Positions 46,220-57,352 of a DNA stretch of 64,000 nucleotides are shown here, one piece after another. Origin of the DNA: Myxococcota bacterium (GTDB taxonomy: Bacteria > Myxococcota_A > SURF-8). Location: NCBI GenBank assembly GCA_965140415.1, contig OZ223209.1, forward strand, positions 608,001 to 672,000. The letters run 5' to 3'. The notes beneath the pieces were generated by a model that saw only the letters and a program-made list of their open reading frames with translations, did not search any database and had not been told where the DNA came from. How positions within the stretch are numbered: the stretch's first letter is position 1; each line of letters starts with the position of its first letter. The position numbers were made by a program, and so were the translations under genes.

Positions 46220-49045
46220 ATGACACGCGGTATCTTGGTGGTGTGTTTGGGATGGCTGATGTTGCTTTCAGCCTGTTCGAGTGGTGACGATCCGGCGGCA
46301 GTAGCCTGTTTAACGGACAGTGATTGTCCGCTTGGGCAGGTCTGTGACGGCGGTTTTTGCGGTGAGCCTGCGGATGACCGCATTGCCTGCACGATCTCGG
46401 AAGAATGTCCGGCGGGATATTTCTGCCTGAGCGGCTATTGCGTAGAGCAGAGCGGCACAGACGGCGATTCGTTTGTGGGTGAATGTCGCGAAGACTACGA
46501 CTGCGACAGCGGCTATCATTGCGAGGATAATTTCTGTATCCCCGATAACCTTGTGGACGGCGACCATTCCGATGGCGACACGCCGGATGGCGATCAGCCT
46601 GATGGGGACCAGCCGACCGATGGCGACACGCCGATCGACGGCGATACGCCGATCGACGGAGATACGCCGATTGACGGTGATACGCCGGTGGACGGTGACA
46701 AGCCGGTGGATGGTGATCTGCCCGATGGTGACGGCCCCGACTGCACCAGCAGTGCCCAGTGTAACGACGGATTGTATTGTAATGGCACCGAAACCTGCGT
46801 GTTAGGCGTTTGCGAACCTGGCGAAGCGCCCTGCGACGATGAGATTTCCTGTACCGACGATGTCTGCAACGAGGAAAACAACAGTTGCGCTCATACCATC
46901 AACCACACCACCTGCAACGACGGCGATCCCTGCAACGGCGTGGAATACTGCGACAACGTGCTTGGCTGTCAAAGCGGTTCGCCGTTAAACTGCGATGATC
47001 GTATCGCCTGCACCGACGACAGTTGCGTACCTAATGAAGGCTGCTCCAATGTCGCCAATAACGGCAATTGCGACGATGGTGACCCTTGCAACGGCGAGGA
47101 AGTCTGCGACGTGATTCTGGGTTGTCAACCCGGCACAGCGCTAACTTGCGACGATTCCATCGGTTGCACCACGGATCGTTGTCTGACCGGCCAAGGCTGC
47201 GAAAGTACGCCGGATAACAGCTTGTGTACGGGAGAAGATGTCTGCGAGCCGGACCGCGTTTCCGCCGATCCGCTGACCGGTTGCGCTCCGCCGCGCAATT
47301 GCACGACCGATGCGGATTGTCAGGACAACACGCTGTGCAACGGCGCGGAAACCTGCAACGACGATCAGATCTGCGAACCGGGCACGGCGGTTAATTGCAA
47401 CGATGAAATCGACTGCACCGAAGATACTTGCGATCCCGGCACGGGACAATGCAGCAACACGCCGAGAAACAGCCTGTGCACCAATGGCAACGCCTGCGAC
47501 GGTGAGGAAATCTGTTCCGCAATCGAAGGCTGTCTGCCGGGTACGACGCTTAACTGCGACGACAACATCACCTGCACCCAGGATAGCTGCAACAGCGACA
47601 CCGGTTGCGTACATCAGCCGGTCAACGGCCTATGCAACGACAACGTTCGTTGTACGTTAGACACCTGCGATGCGGCCACAGGTTGTGTCAATACACCGGA
47701 CAATACTTTCTGCGACGACTTCGTTCCCTGTACCGTCAATACCTGTGATGCTACGCAAGGCTGCGTGTTTATACCCAATGACGGCGCCTGTAACGACGAT
47801 TTCGAATGCACCACCGATACCTGTTCGGAGCAATATGACTGCACCTACGTGCCCGACAACAGCGCCTGCGACGATGGTATCGATTGCACCGACGATCTGT
47901 GCGAGATCGGCGTCGGCTGCCGTAACAACGCCGAAGATTCCAACTGTCCCAGCGGTCAGATCTGCGATGCGGAGTTGGGCTGTGTCGATCCGCCTCCTTG
48001 CGTAATCGACAGCGACTGCAACGATAACGACGCCTGTAACGGTGTGGAAACCTGCGTAAGCAATGAATGTGTGGACGGTACGCCGCTTAACTGCGATGAC
48101 GGCATTGCCTGTACCGTCGATTCCTGCGACCCGGCCAATGGTTGCGTCAACCGGGCGGATCATTCCGTCTGTAACGACAACAATGCCTGCACCGTGGATC
48201 TGTGCGACACCGAAGAGCAGTTCGCCTGCGTACATTTGCCGTTTAAAGACGATGACAACGACAATCACAGCGATGTGTTCTGTGGTGGCGACGACTGCGA
48301 TGACAGCGACCCGAACGTCTATCCGGGTCACGAGGAAATTTGCGACGACGGCGTAGACAATAACTGCGACGGTAACACCGACCAGGAAGAAGCCATTTGC
48401 GCGCCCTGCTCGGGAAGCTGCCCCACCGGTTATGAATGCTGTGGCGGTCAGTGCGTGGACGTGCGCTACAACAATACCCATTGCGGTGCCTGCGATACAC
48501 CCTGTTCTACCGCCTGTTTCAACGGCGAATGTCTGCCCGCCGGAAAATGTGCCAACGCGCTGAATAACTTGATTACGGACAACTACCGCGACAATGGACG
48601 CACCACCTGTGGCCAGGGTAACAGTTTCAATCCCAACAGTTGCAGCGTAAACGCCAGCGGTGAGGATCGTGTATACGCCATCAAGCCGCGAGCGGGCAAC
48701 CTGATGGAAGTAGTCATGTATCCGGATAATTCGGAAGACTACGATGTCTTGTATTTCCTTTCCGACTGCCGTGACATGAACTCCTGCATCGATTACGACA
48801 GCAGCGGCAACTGGTCGAACTTGGAGTATTCCGATTCCAACACCGGAGAGATCTTCTTCGCGGTGGTCGATTACACCCAAAGCGATTGCGGACGTTACGA
48901 TTTCGAAGTCAACTACGACTACACTCCCAGCGATTGTCGCCAGGGCGGCCTGTTGCCCTTCGGCGGTCCCGCTTCTACGGTAACGGGTGTGCTGGTCTGG
49001 CTTGGCATTCTGCTATTACTCTATCGTCGTCGGCAACGGCAGTAA
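46220..49045 (+). CDS. Cys-rich surface protein with CxDxxxCTxDxC repeats, MopE-like and Stig1-like motifs and a C-terminal TM/Arg tail
   Basis: AAGGAG SD; lipobox LSA-C; repeated CxDxxxCTxDxC and CxDGxxCNGxExC; DCDDSDPNVYPGHEEICDDGVDNNCDG; LVWLGILLLLYRRRQRQ. Confidence 0.88.
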   Translation: MTRGILVVCLGWLMLLSACSSGDDPAAVACLTDSDCPLGQVCDGGFCGEPADDRIACTISEECPAGYFCLSGYCVEQSGTDGDSFVGECREDYDCDSGYHCEDNFCIPDNLVDGDHSDGDTPDGDQPDGDQPTDGDTPIDGDTPIDGDTPIDGDTPVDGDKPVDGDLPDGDGPDCTSSAQCNDGLYCNGTETCVLGVCEPGEAPCDDEISCTDDVCNEENNSCAHTINHTTCNDGDPCNGVEYCDNVLGCQSGSPLNCDDRIACTDDSCVPNEGCSNVANNGNCDDGDPCNGEEVCDVILGCQPGTALTCDDSIGCTTDRCLTGQGCESTPDNSLCTGEDVCEPDRVSADPLTGCAPPRNCTTDADCQDNTLCNGAETCNDDQICEPGTAVNCNDEIDCTEDTCDPGTGQCSNTPRNSLCTNGNACDGEEICSAIEGCLPGTTLNCDDNITCTQDSCNSDTGCVHQPVNGLCNDNVRCTLDTCDAATGCVNTPDNTFCDDFVPCTVNTCDATQGCVFIPNDGACNDDFECTTDTCSEQYDCTYVPDNSACDDGIDCTDDLCEIGVGCRNNAEDSNCPSGQICDAELGCVDPPPCVIDSDCNDNDACNGVETCVSNECVDGTPLNCDDGIACTVDSCDPANGCVNRADHSVCNDNNACTVDLCDTEEQFACVHLPFKDDDNDNHSDVFCGGDDCDDSDPNVYPGHEEICDDGVDNNCDGNTDQEEAICAPCSGSCPTGYECCGGQCVDVRYNNTHCGACDTPCSTACFNGECLPAGKCANALNNLITDNYRDNGRTTCGQGNSFNPNSCSVNASGEDRVYAIKPRAGNLMEVVMYPDNSEDYDVLYFLSDCRDMNSCIDYDSSGNWSNLEYSDSNTGEIFFAVVDYTQSDCGRYDFEVNYDYTPSDCRQGGLLPFGGPASTVTGVLVWLGILLLLYRRRQRQ
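46556..46738 (+). repeat. Coding DGDxP(x) repeats (about 11 units)
   Basis: DGDHS DGDTP DGDQP DGDQPT (DGDTPI)x3 DGDTPV DGDKPV DGDLP DGDGP. Confidence 0.85.
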
Positions 49046-49048
49046 CGC

Positions 49049-50872
49049 ATGTCGATGAGATTCTCATGTCAAACAGGGTTGCAGGCCGTCATGCTTGCGG
49101 CCCTGTTTTTGTTTGGTCTGGCATCTTTTCCCGGTTGTGCGCCGAGTCGCCTTTTGCTGCCTCATGCCACTTCGGAATACGCCGCCGCGGTGCAGTTGAC
49201 ACGCATTGCCGCAGAAGACCGGCTTTGGGCGGATAGTTTGGCGCATATTCGAAGTGACAAACCGGATGCGGCATTGCCGACTCCCGCCGCAACGCTCGTG
49301 CGCGCCGCGCGGGATCTGGCGGCTTTGTCACTGGTTGCGGATGAAACCTACAGCCCGGAGGACTTTTTAGAACCGGTTCTGCTTCGCAACGGCATTGTGG
49401 AGCGCCCGGCGCGCGCGTACTGGTTTACCGGAACCGGCGGCGGCCTGGCCTACGATGGCTCCTCCCGCATCGCAGGGAAGATTCTGTTTTTAAAGCAACA
49501 GGGCTATACACGGATCGGGTTGGGTGTGCATGAGCGCGACGACGGCGAATGGGCGGCAGCGCTGGTGGCGACGCAACGCCCGGTGCGTTTGACTCTTCCC
49601 GTTGCCAGAATAATCCCGATCGGCGGAAATCTGCGCCTGATCGCGGAAACGGGAGATGAGATCGGCGTTTTGTGGATTACGCTGAAATCGCCCAACGGCC
49701 ATCTTTTCGAACAGTCGGTTCCCTATCTTGCCGGACAACTGGATTGGGGCGTTCGCCTGCATTGGCCGGGGAATTACGCCATTGAAATCCGTATGAAAAC
49801 GCCGGCGGGCGATATCAAGCGTGTCGCGCATTTGGTGGTGACTGTCGGTGAACGAGCCACGCAGATTCCGTTGTTTCCGCCGCCGCCGCAGGTATCCGGC
49901 AAGCAATATCCCAGCGCCGCGCTGGGGTACATCGACGAGTTGCGCACGAAAAGTGGTATGGATACGCTAACTTCGTTACCGCGAGCCGATGAACTGCTTG
50001 CACCCTGGTTGCAGATGGAAGCGCAGCATCTGCGCTTTAGCGACGACGGCATCGAGCGGCAATTGTTTGTTTCCGGTTCCGAAAGCGATCCGCCGCTGAG
50101 TTGCTTGTATCGCAGCTCCGTGACGAATAATCCAGGAGCGTTATTGGCGCGTGAATTCGGGCGACCCAGCGTGTTGAAAGCCATGATTCAACCGGCGTAT
50201 CAAGGTTATGCCGCGCTGTCACAGTTGCTGGAAGAGGGCGAGCGCATCGGGGAATTGCTTTGCGGTGTGGCGCAACCTTCTCAAATGCTGCTTACCCGTT
50301 TGCCTGCGCACGAGGATCGTCTGGCGTTTTTAAAAGAACTCGATGCCCGGTTAATGAAGCAGATGGGACTGGATTACGTGGCCGATCCACAGCAGCGCCT
50401 GATCGAGTGGACGCTGGCGCAGGCGGTGCTATCGATTGAAGAAGCCGAAGCAAGGAAAGAAAGAAATACCGCCAAAGACAGTGAGAAAACCCCAACGCTC
50501 CCGCATCGCGACCGCTATGAGCAACAACTGAACGAGACCTACGCTTCCTTGTGGTGGGTGTCCTGGCAGTTGCAGCAGCGTTTTGACAGGCAGGATCCGC
50601 GCCGGGCGGCTGTGTCGCTGTTATTGCTTAAACTGTTGTTGTTACAGGATCGCGAGGATGACTACCTGGCCGAGATGCGGCGCATGGAAGAGACTTCTCC
50701 CACCCAGGGCCCCTGGCGGGAAGCGCGATTGGCGGTGGCACAAGCCTGGATGGCTTCTCGACGCGGTGATATGAATCAACGAAAAGAGGCGCTGCTTCGC
50801 GCCATCGAATGCTACCAGCACCTCCAATTCTCCAGCTTTGCCCAGCAGCTTTGGTTGCAGGCGTCGGAATAA
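49049..50872 (+). CDS. Hypothetical lipoprotein, possibly with degenerate CAP/SCP-like segments
   Basis: Long ORF starting 3 nt after the upstream stop; possible lipobox FPG-C; YTRIGLGV and IDELR..SG...L motifs. Confidence 0.65.
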   Translation: MSMRFSCQTGLQAVMLAALFLFGLASFPGCAPSRLLLPHATSEYAAAVQLTRIAAEDRLWADSLAHIRSDKPDAALPTPAATLVRAARDLAALSLVADETYSPEDFLEPVLLRNGIVERPARAYWFTGTGGGLAYDGSSRIAGKILFLKQQGYTRIGLGVHERDDGEWAAALVATQRPVRLTLPVARIIPIGGNLRLIAETGDEIGVLWITLKSPNGHLFEQSVPYLAGQLDWGVRLHWPGNYAIEIRMKTPAGDIKRVAHLVVTVGERATQIPLFPPPPQVSGKQYPSAALGYIDELRTKSGMDTLTSLPRADELLAPWLQMEAQHLRFSDDGIERQLFVSGSESDPPLSCLYRSSVTNNPGALLAREFGRPSVLKAMIQPAYQGYAALSQLLEEGERIGELLCGVAQPSQMLLTRLPAHEDRLAFLKELDARLMKQMGLDYVADPQQRLIEWTLAQAVLSIEEAEARKERNTAKDSEKTPTLPHRDRYEQQLNETYASLWWVSWQLQQRFDRQDPRRAAVSLLLLKLLLLQDREDDYLAEMRRMEETSPTQGPWREARLAVAQAWMASRRGDMNQRKEALLRAIECYQHLQFSSFAQQLWLQASE

Positions 50873-51069
50873 GCTTCCCTTTCAACGCCACCGGTTCGGC
50901 CTTGAAAAAAGTCGGATAAATTTCGGAATAATTATGTGATAACACCTGTTTATGCTAATTGAGATCCGGCTGAAGTATAATCAATAGCGTTGACTTGAGT
51001 TCCCGACCTATGATATACACAGGGGTCAGTGCATTGAGCGGATTCATTGAAGCAACCGGGAGGTAGATC

Positions 51070-51807
51070 GTGACTCACGCCGTCGTGCAAGCCGCATCGG
51101 ATCTGGTGCAGGCTAGTGTTTCTCAGGAGTTGGATTTCTTCGCCCTGATTTTCAATACCGGGATCGTTGTGGCGACGGTTCTGGTGCTGCTGCTGTTTTT
51201 CTCGATCACATCCTGGGGCATCATTATTTACAAGTACCTGTTTCTGCGCAAGGCGCACCAGCAGTCCATCGAATTTCTGGACTTGTTCTGGAAAAGTCGC
51301 AGGCTCGATCATATTTACGAAACCAGCGAGGAACTGACGCATTCGCCCATCGCGCAGGTTTTCAGAACCGGTTACGTCGAGTTAAGCAAATCGCGCCGCA
51401 AAGATGAAAACAGCGAAACAGACAGCCGCGCCTTCGGTGAAATGCGCGATCTGGATTCACTGGAACGCTCGTTGCGCCGGGCGGCTACCAGTCAGGTCAC
51501 GGTGCTGGAAAGCCTGGTTTCGTTTCTGGCGACCACCGGTTCCACCGCTCCTTTCGTAGGGCTGTTTGGAACAGTATGGGGCATCATGGAGTCTTTCCAG
51601 GAAATCGGTCGCGCCGGAAACGCCACCTTGGCGACGGTCGCTCCCGGTATTTCGGAAGCCTTGATCGCTACCGCTACCGGTTTGGCCGCCGCAATTCCGG
51701 CAGTTGTCGGTTACAACTATTTCGTACAGAAAATCAAGGTGCTCGACGCAGAAATGGAGAATTTCTCCATCGATTTCCTGAACATCGTCAAGCGTCACTT
51801 CTTTTAG
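51070..51807 (+). CDS. tolQ: TolQ
   Basis: [40 protein letters not shown]. Confidence 0.95.
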   Translation: MTHAVVQAASDLVQASVSQELDFFALIFNTGIVVATVLVLLLFFSITSWGIIIYKYLFLRKAHQQSIEFLDLFWKSRRLDHIYETSEELTHSPIAQVFRTGYVELSKSRRKDENSETDSRAFGEMRDLDSLERSLRRAATSQVTVLESLVSFLATTGSTAPFVGLFGTVWGIMESFQEIGRAGNATLATVAPGISEALIATATGLAAAIPAVVGYNYFVQKIKVLDAEMENFSIDFLNIVKRHFF

Positions 51808-51822
51808 CGGGCGGAAACGAAA

Positions 51823-52271
<449 letters not shown>

Positions 52272-52275
<4 letters not shown>

Positions 52276-53039
52276 GCGCCGCGACGATCAGTCAGGGGGA
52301 GCATAGCTATTTTCTCTCGGCGCAGAGAAATCGCTACGTGCCCTGGTTGCTGATTTCCTTCCTGCTGCACGTGCTGCTTTTCGGTCTGGCCTGGATGGAA
52401 ACGCGCCGCATGCAGGCGCCGAATCTGGTGCATCAAACGGCGATCATGGTTCAGCCGGTGCGCTGGGCGCCGGAAGAACGTCCCGAGCATTGGCTGCCGC
52501 GTGTGGAGGCGACGCCCGAACCGGCCAAGCCGGAGGCGGTCAAAGTCAGCCCCAATCCGGAGACTCCGAAAAAGAAGCCGGACCCGCCGAAAAAGGAACC
52601 GAAGAAAGAGCCGCCCAAAAAAGATCCCAAGCAGCGGAAAACGGCCATGAACAAGGCGCTGGAGAAAATCCGCAACAACTATAATAGTTGGGACGGCAGC
52701 CCCAACGGCGTTAAGGGCGCGCCGTCTGCGCGGGCGTTGCAGATTCTGGGATCGGTCTATGCGGGGCAGTTGCGGGAAGTCTTTAGTTCCCATTGGACGG
52801 TCCCCAAAGTGATCTCGGAAAGAGACCTGGAACACCTGACCTGTAAAATACTGGTAAAAATCGACAGAACAGGTACAATCAGCGGTCACAAGCTGGTGAC
52901 CTCTTCGGGCAATGCGCAGTTCGACAGTTCCGCCATGCGCGCGGTGAAATTGACACCGAAAGTTCCTTTGCCCGATGAGATGCTGCGAGACGTGGTGTTC
53001 AACGACGGTATTTTGATCAATTTCTCGAAGAAAGACTGA
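52272..53039 (+). CDS. tolA: TolA/TonB-family energy transducer
   Basis: SFLLH TM, Pro/Lys-rich linker, SSGNAQFD..A.RAV; located between tolR and tolB. Confidence 0.85.
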
Positions 53040-53042
53040 AAC

Positions 53043-54371
53043 ATGGGTAGACAACCCTTCATTTTTGCACTTGGAAGTATGTTGGTTTTTCTGCTGTTGC
53101 CCAAGCTTGCGTTGGCGCAACTGGTCATCGATGTCGATCCCTCTCAATTCCGTCAATATCCGATCGCGGTGACGGCGTTGAAGAATTTCGGAGAGACCGA
53201 AGACAGCCAGAACCTGGCGCAGGAAGCCCAGAAGATCATCATGAACGATCTGGCCATCGCCGGCTTGTTCGACGTGCTCAATCCCAAGGCTTTTCTGGAA
53301 GATCCCAAAACCGCCGGAATTACCGAGGCGACCATCAATTTTACACAGTGGTTGCAGGTCGGAGCGGAAGGCTTGATCAAAGGTGGCTTCTGGATTATGG
53401 ATAAGCGCATCAAGCTGGATCTGCGCCTGTTCGATGTCGCATTGGGACGTGAAACCCTGAAAAAGACGTATGAAGGCGATCTCGGTGCGCTACGCAACAT
53501 GCTGCACGCTTTCGATGATGAAATCGTTAAGTTTTTCACCAAGGAAGAAGGGGTCTTCTCTACAAAGATCGTGTCGGTGCGCCTGATCAACAAGCGTAAG
53601 CAGATCTATGTCATGGATTTCGACGGCGCAAATGGTCGGGTCTTGGTGGATAATGGTAGCATCAATCTGCTACCCGCTTTCTCCGCCGATGGCGCTCACG
53701 TCTATTTCACCTCGTACATGAACAACAATCCCGACCTGTTCCGCATCCCTTCGGGCGGTGGCAAAGCCACCACCATTTCCAGCTATCGCGGCTTGAATGT
53801 GGGCGCAAGTTTGAGTCCCGATGGGAAGAAGGTTGCGGTTACCTTATCTAAGGATGGAAACAGCGAAATCTACGTGATGGACGCTGAAGGCGGCAACCTG
53901 CGTCGACTGACCAATACCTGGGGTATCGATGCGTCGCCCACCTGGGCTCCCGACAGCCACCGGGTCGCCTTTGTTTCCGATCGTTCCGGTACGCCGCAGA
54001 TTTACTATCAGGAAGCCGCTGGGGCTACTGCCGTGCGCTTGACCTTCCAGGGAAACTATAACCAGTCGCCAGCCTGGTCGCCTAAAGGCGACAAAATCAC
54101 CTTCTGCGGTCGCGACGAACGACTGGTGTTCGATCTGTTTTTAGTCGATGTGGAAACGCGGGAAATCACGCGCTTGACACAGGATCAGGGTACGAACGAA
54201 GATCCCACCTGGTCGCCCAACGGCAGGCACATCGTGTTCACCTCCACCCGCAACGGAGGCAGCAGTATCTGGATCATGAACGCGGATGGTACCAACCAAC
54301 GTCAGATAAGCAGCGGCCAAGGCGTCTTTTCCACTCCCGACTGGTCTCCTCGCTTTAAGGAAAACAACTGA
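53043..54371 (+). CDS. tolB: TolB
   Basis: PD40 repeats (SPDG, PTWAPD, PAWSPKG, PTWSPNG). Confidence 0.95.
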   Translation: MGRQPFIFALGSMLVFLLLPKLALAQLVIDVDPSQFRQYPIAVTALKNFGETEDSQNLAQEAQKIIMNDLAIAGLFDVLNPKAFLEDPKTAGITEATINFTQWLQVGAEGLIKGGFWIMDKRIKLDLRLFDVALGRETLKKTYEGDLGALRNMLHAFDDEIVKFFTKEEGVFSTKIVSVRLINKRKQIYVMDFDGANGRVLVDNGSINLLPAFSADGAHVYFTSYMNNNPDLFRIPSGGGKATTISSYRGLNVGASLSPDGKKVAVTLSKDGNSEIYVMDAEGGNLRRLTNTWGIDASPTWAPDSHRVAFVSDRSGTPQIYYQEAAGATAVRLTFQGNYNQSPAWSPKGDKITFCGRDERLVFDLFLVDVETREITRLTQDQGTNEDPTWSPNGRHIVFTSTRNGGSSIWIMNADGTNQRQISSGQGVFSTPDWSPRFKENN

Positions 54372-55129
54372 TGAAGAATTCGTTATCCAAGCGAACGTCG
54401 AAACTGTTGCGCACGGTCATGATTCTGTGGGTCGCCGTGCTGTTGCTGGCGCTGGCGGGTTGCGTGGGCAAGCCACCCAAAGAGGAGCGCGAGCAGGCTG
54501 AGCAGGCTTTCCTTGCTGCCAAAGCGGCGGAGAAATGCGCCACGGTGCGGTACACTTCCGCAGAAAAAGCGTTGCAGAATGCGCGCCGGTTGACCACGGA
54601 AAAGAAATACGAAGAGGCTCGGCGCTATTTCAATGTGGCCAAGGAGCTGTCTGAAACCGCGTTGAAGGAAGCGAATGCCAATCGCGACTGCATGAATCCT
54701 CCCGATCCGAACGAAACGACCAAGCCGGTTGTGACCTCCGGTGGCGAGGATGATAACCTGACTCCCGAAGAACGCATGCTGCGCGATCCGGAGTATGACT
54801 TGAAATCCGTGCGTTTTCCCTTTAACAGCGAGGATATCACCGAGGAAGCCAAACAGATTCTGCAACAGAATGCGGCCTGGCTGAACAACTTCCCGGACAT
54901 CAATGTTCGTGTGGAAGGGCATTGCGACTCGCGAGGCAGCACCGAGTACAATCTGGCGCTGGGTGAGCGCAGAGCCTATGCCGTGCGCAAGTTCCTGATT
55001 ATGCTCGGCGTCAATCCCGATCAGCTTTCGGTGATGTCCTACGGAGAAGAAAGTCCGCTAGTCGACGAAGAAAATGAAATGGCATGGGAACAAAATCGTC
55101 GCGCCGAGTTTAAAAAAGTCGGTCGCTAA
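54371..55129 (+). CDS. pal: Peptidoglycan-associated lipoprotein with N-terminal DUF4398-like helical domain
   Basis: LAG-C; VEGHCDSRGSTEYNLALGERRA; SYGEE; NRRAEF. Confidence 0.9.
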   Translation: MKNSLSKRTSKLLRTVMILWVAVLLLALAGCVGKPPKEEREQAEQAFLAAKAAEKCATVRYTSAEKALQNARRLTTEKKYEEARRYFNVAKELSETALKEANANRDCMNPPDPNETTKPVVTSGGEDDNLTPEERMLRDPEYDLKSVRFPFNSEDITEEAKQILQQNAAWLNNFPDINVRVEGHCDSRGSTEYNLALGERRAYAVRKFLIMLGVNPDQLSVMSYGEESPLVDEENEMAWEQNRRAEFKKVGR

Positions 55130-55250
55130 GGCGGTTGCCATAATCCAAATTCTCCAATAGAATCAATATGGATTGCTTCGTACGGAAAGCTTTGGAATCG
55201 CTGTTTTCCAAACGTTTTTTTTCGTTCTGTGAGAATTTGGGAGAAAACTC

Positions 55251-55279
55251 TTGACAATAGGCGTGAATTAATCTAAACA
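55251..55279 (+). promoter_or_regulatory. sigma70-type promoter for rplM-rpsI
   Basis: TTGACA-17-TAAACA. Confidence 0.55.
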
Positions 55280-55317
55280 CTCAGTCCTTGCGTTGGACTG
55301 AACGACGGAGTTTTACG

Positions 55318-55749
55318 ATGTCAACATATACACCAAAGCCTGGAGAAGTAGAGCGGAAATGGTACCTCGCCGACCTTAACGGGGTTGTGCTTGGTCGTGC
55401 CGCCACTCAGATCGCTACCATCTTGCGCGGCAAGCACAAAGCGGAATTCGCCCCTCACGTGGATACCGGCGATTTCGTAGTCGTGGTCAATGCGGATAAA
55501 GTCGCCGTGACCGGAGCGAAGCTGACTGACAAGAAATACTACCACCACACCGGTTATCCGGGCGGTATCAAGAGCATCACCTTGGAAAAGCAGCTTGAGA
55601 AATCGCCTGAAGACGTAATCACGGCGGCGGTTAGAGGAATGCTTCCCAAGAACAAGCTTGGTCGCAAACTTATCAAGAAACTGAAGGTATACGCGGCGCC
55701 TGAGCATCCGCATGAGGCCCAACAACCTGAAGTTCTGGATTTAACTTAA
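55318..55749 (+). CDS. rplM: 50S ribosomal protein L13
   Basis: LGR.A..IA..LRGKHK..F.PHVDTGD, HTGYPGG, GMLPKN.LGR. Confidence 0.98.
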   Translation: MSTYTPKPGEVERKWYLADLNGVVLGRAATQIATILRGKHKAEFAPHVDTGDFVVVVNADKVAVTGAKLTDKKYYHHTGYPGGIKSITLEKQLEKSPEDVITAAVRGMLPKNKLGRKLIKKLKVYAAPEHPHEAQQPEVLDLT

Positions 55750-55761
55750 GAGGATAGAAGC

Positions 55762-56163
55762 ATGTGTGCATTGGGATGGAATTGGCATGCTATCGGGCGT
55801 CGTAAAACGGCGGTTGCCCGTGTATGGATGAAGCCCGGCAGTGGTAACATCTTGATCAATGGCCGCAATATCGACGAATACCTGCGTCGTCCGGTCGCCA
55901 AGATGATCGTGAACCAGCCGCTCGAACTGACTGCAACGCAGGGACAGTTCGATATCAACTGCGTATGCCGCGGTGGTGGTATCAGTGGACAGGCCGATGC
56001 GATCAAGCACGGTATCAGCCGCGCCTTGTTGGCGGTGGATAGCGAAAAATATCGCCCGCTGCTGAAGAAAGCCGGGTTCATTACCCGTGACGCGCGCCAG
56101 AAAGAGCGTAAGAAGTACGGTCTGCGCGGTGCCCGTCGTCGCTTCCAGTTCTCCAAGCGTTAA
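55762..56163 (+). CDS. rpsI: 30S ribosomal protein S9
   Basis: [33 protein letters not shown]. Confidence 0.98.
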   Translation: MCALGWNWHAIGRRKTAVARVWMKPGSGNILINGRNIDEYLRRPVAKMIVNQPLELTATQGQFDINCVCRGGGISGQADAIKHGISRALLAVDSEKYRPLLKKAGFITRDARQKERKKYGLRGARRRFQFSKR

Positions 56164-56191
56164 TCGCTGCTTCGTTTCGTGTGTTTGTAAT

Positions 56192-56226
56192 GCGGCCTTC
56201 CCGTTGCGGGGAGGCCGTTTTTCTTT
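56192..56226 (+). terminator. Intrinsic terminator after rpsI
   Basis: GCGGCCTTCCC/GGGGAGGCCGT stem followed by a T-run. Confidence 0.85.
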
Positions 56227-56359
56227 GCCTGGAAGGCGCTGTTTGGGGAGAATCGGTCACAATTCAAGGCCAACTGTTGACTTTCCATGGCCTATGTGCT
56301 AATTTCCCCCGAAAGTTGTCTACTAGGTCGAAAAGATTCGAGAAATCAAGAGGTGGACC

Positions 56360-57286
56360 ATGAAGTTTGGCGTGCTTGGGATGAAGGTGGCGATCCTTCT
56401 TGCCGTGGTGTCTGTACTGATGATCGGCTGTGGGCCGTCGTCGTTCGAGCAGGGGCAGGAACTGTTTAACAAGGGATTGTACGAGCGAGCCATTCCGCTA
56501 TTGGAAAAAGCCAAAGAAGACGGCGAACAGTACATCAAAGCCGAGGAAATGATCCGTCAGGCTAAGGTCAAGATGGAAGAAGAAGCCGACGCCGATTGCG
56601 TGCGCCGGGCCGAGAACTACTTGAATGTACTGGGCGAAACCAAAACGGTAGGCACCTGGGACAAGATCGTGGAAGAGTTGAAGGCTTTCAAGTGCCGCAA
56701 GCTCAACGCGAAACCCTATGTCGACAAAGCCTATTACCGCTTCATCGCCTACCTGGCCGAATGGGATGCCTATCCGCAGGCCGTCGAAAAGTTCTGTCAG
56801 TTCACCGGTTGTGAGACGCAGCCCCCGCATATTCTGATTCGGGAAGAAGAACTCACGATTACCGATGACAAGGGCAAGGAAAAAGAAGAAGTCATTCAAC
56901 AGGAAATTCCCATCGCCGAGCATTCCACGGCGGTCAAGATGTTCCAGTGGCTGTCAAAAAAAGACCCGAAAAACGGACGCTGGTTCGATCGTTATGCGAA
57001 ATTCCTGTATGATAACGAGCGTTATCAGGATGCGTTGGATGCCTACAAGGCGATTTCCGAAATCGAGGAATTGGGATACGAAGTCAAATCGCGCGCCAAG
57101 CTGGCTGCCGAACACCTGATGAAGGGTGGAAGGCGTCCGCGTATGGAAGGCGAAAAGCTGCGCTTTTTCTGGATTGAAGACGTAAAGAAAAAGAGCAAAC
57201 TCAAAGCTCTGCGCAAGGATCTGGAAAAAGCTCGCAAGGAACGCGAGCAGGCCGAACAGAAGGAAAACGCCGGTAACGTGAAGTAA
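56360..57286 (+). CDS. TPR-like lipoprotein
   Basis: GAGG SD, lipobox MIG-C, helical repeats (GLYERAIPLLEKA, YQDALDAYK). Confidence 0.8.
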   Translation: MKFGVLGMKVAILLAVVSVLMIGCGPSSFEQGQELFNKGLYERAIPLLEKAKEDGEQYIKAEEMIRQAKVKMEEEADADCVRRAENYLNVLGETKTVGTWDKIVEELKAFKCRKLNAKPYVDKAYYRFIAYLAEWDAYPQAVEKFCQFTGCETQPPHILIREEELTITDDKGKEKEEVIQQEIPIAEHSTAVKMFQWLSKKDPKNGRWFDRYAKFLYDNERYQDALDAYKAISEIEELGYEVKSRAKLAAEHLMKGGRRPRMEGEKLRFFWIEDVKKKSKLKALRKDLEKARKEREQAEQKENAGNVK

Positions 57287-57309
57287 GTTTGTAAGGGTGA
57301 CTTATCTAC

Positions 57310-57333
57310 GGGCTCCTTTTGGAGCCCTTTTTT
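57310..57333 (+). terminator. Intrinsic terminator
   Basis: GGGCTCC-TTTT-GGAGCCC followed by T6. Confidence 0.8.
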
Positions 57334-57352
57334 ATTCAGGAAATCTGCGGAC

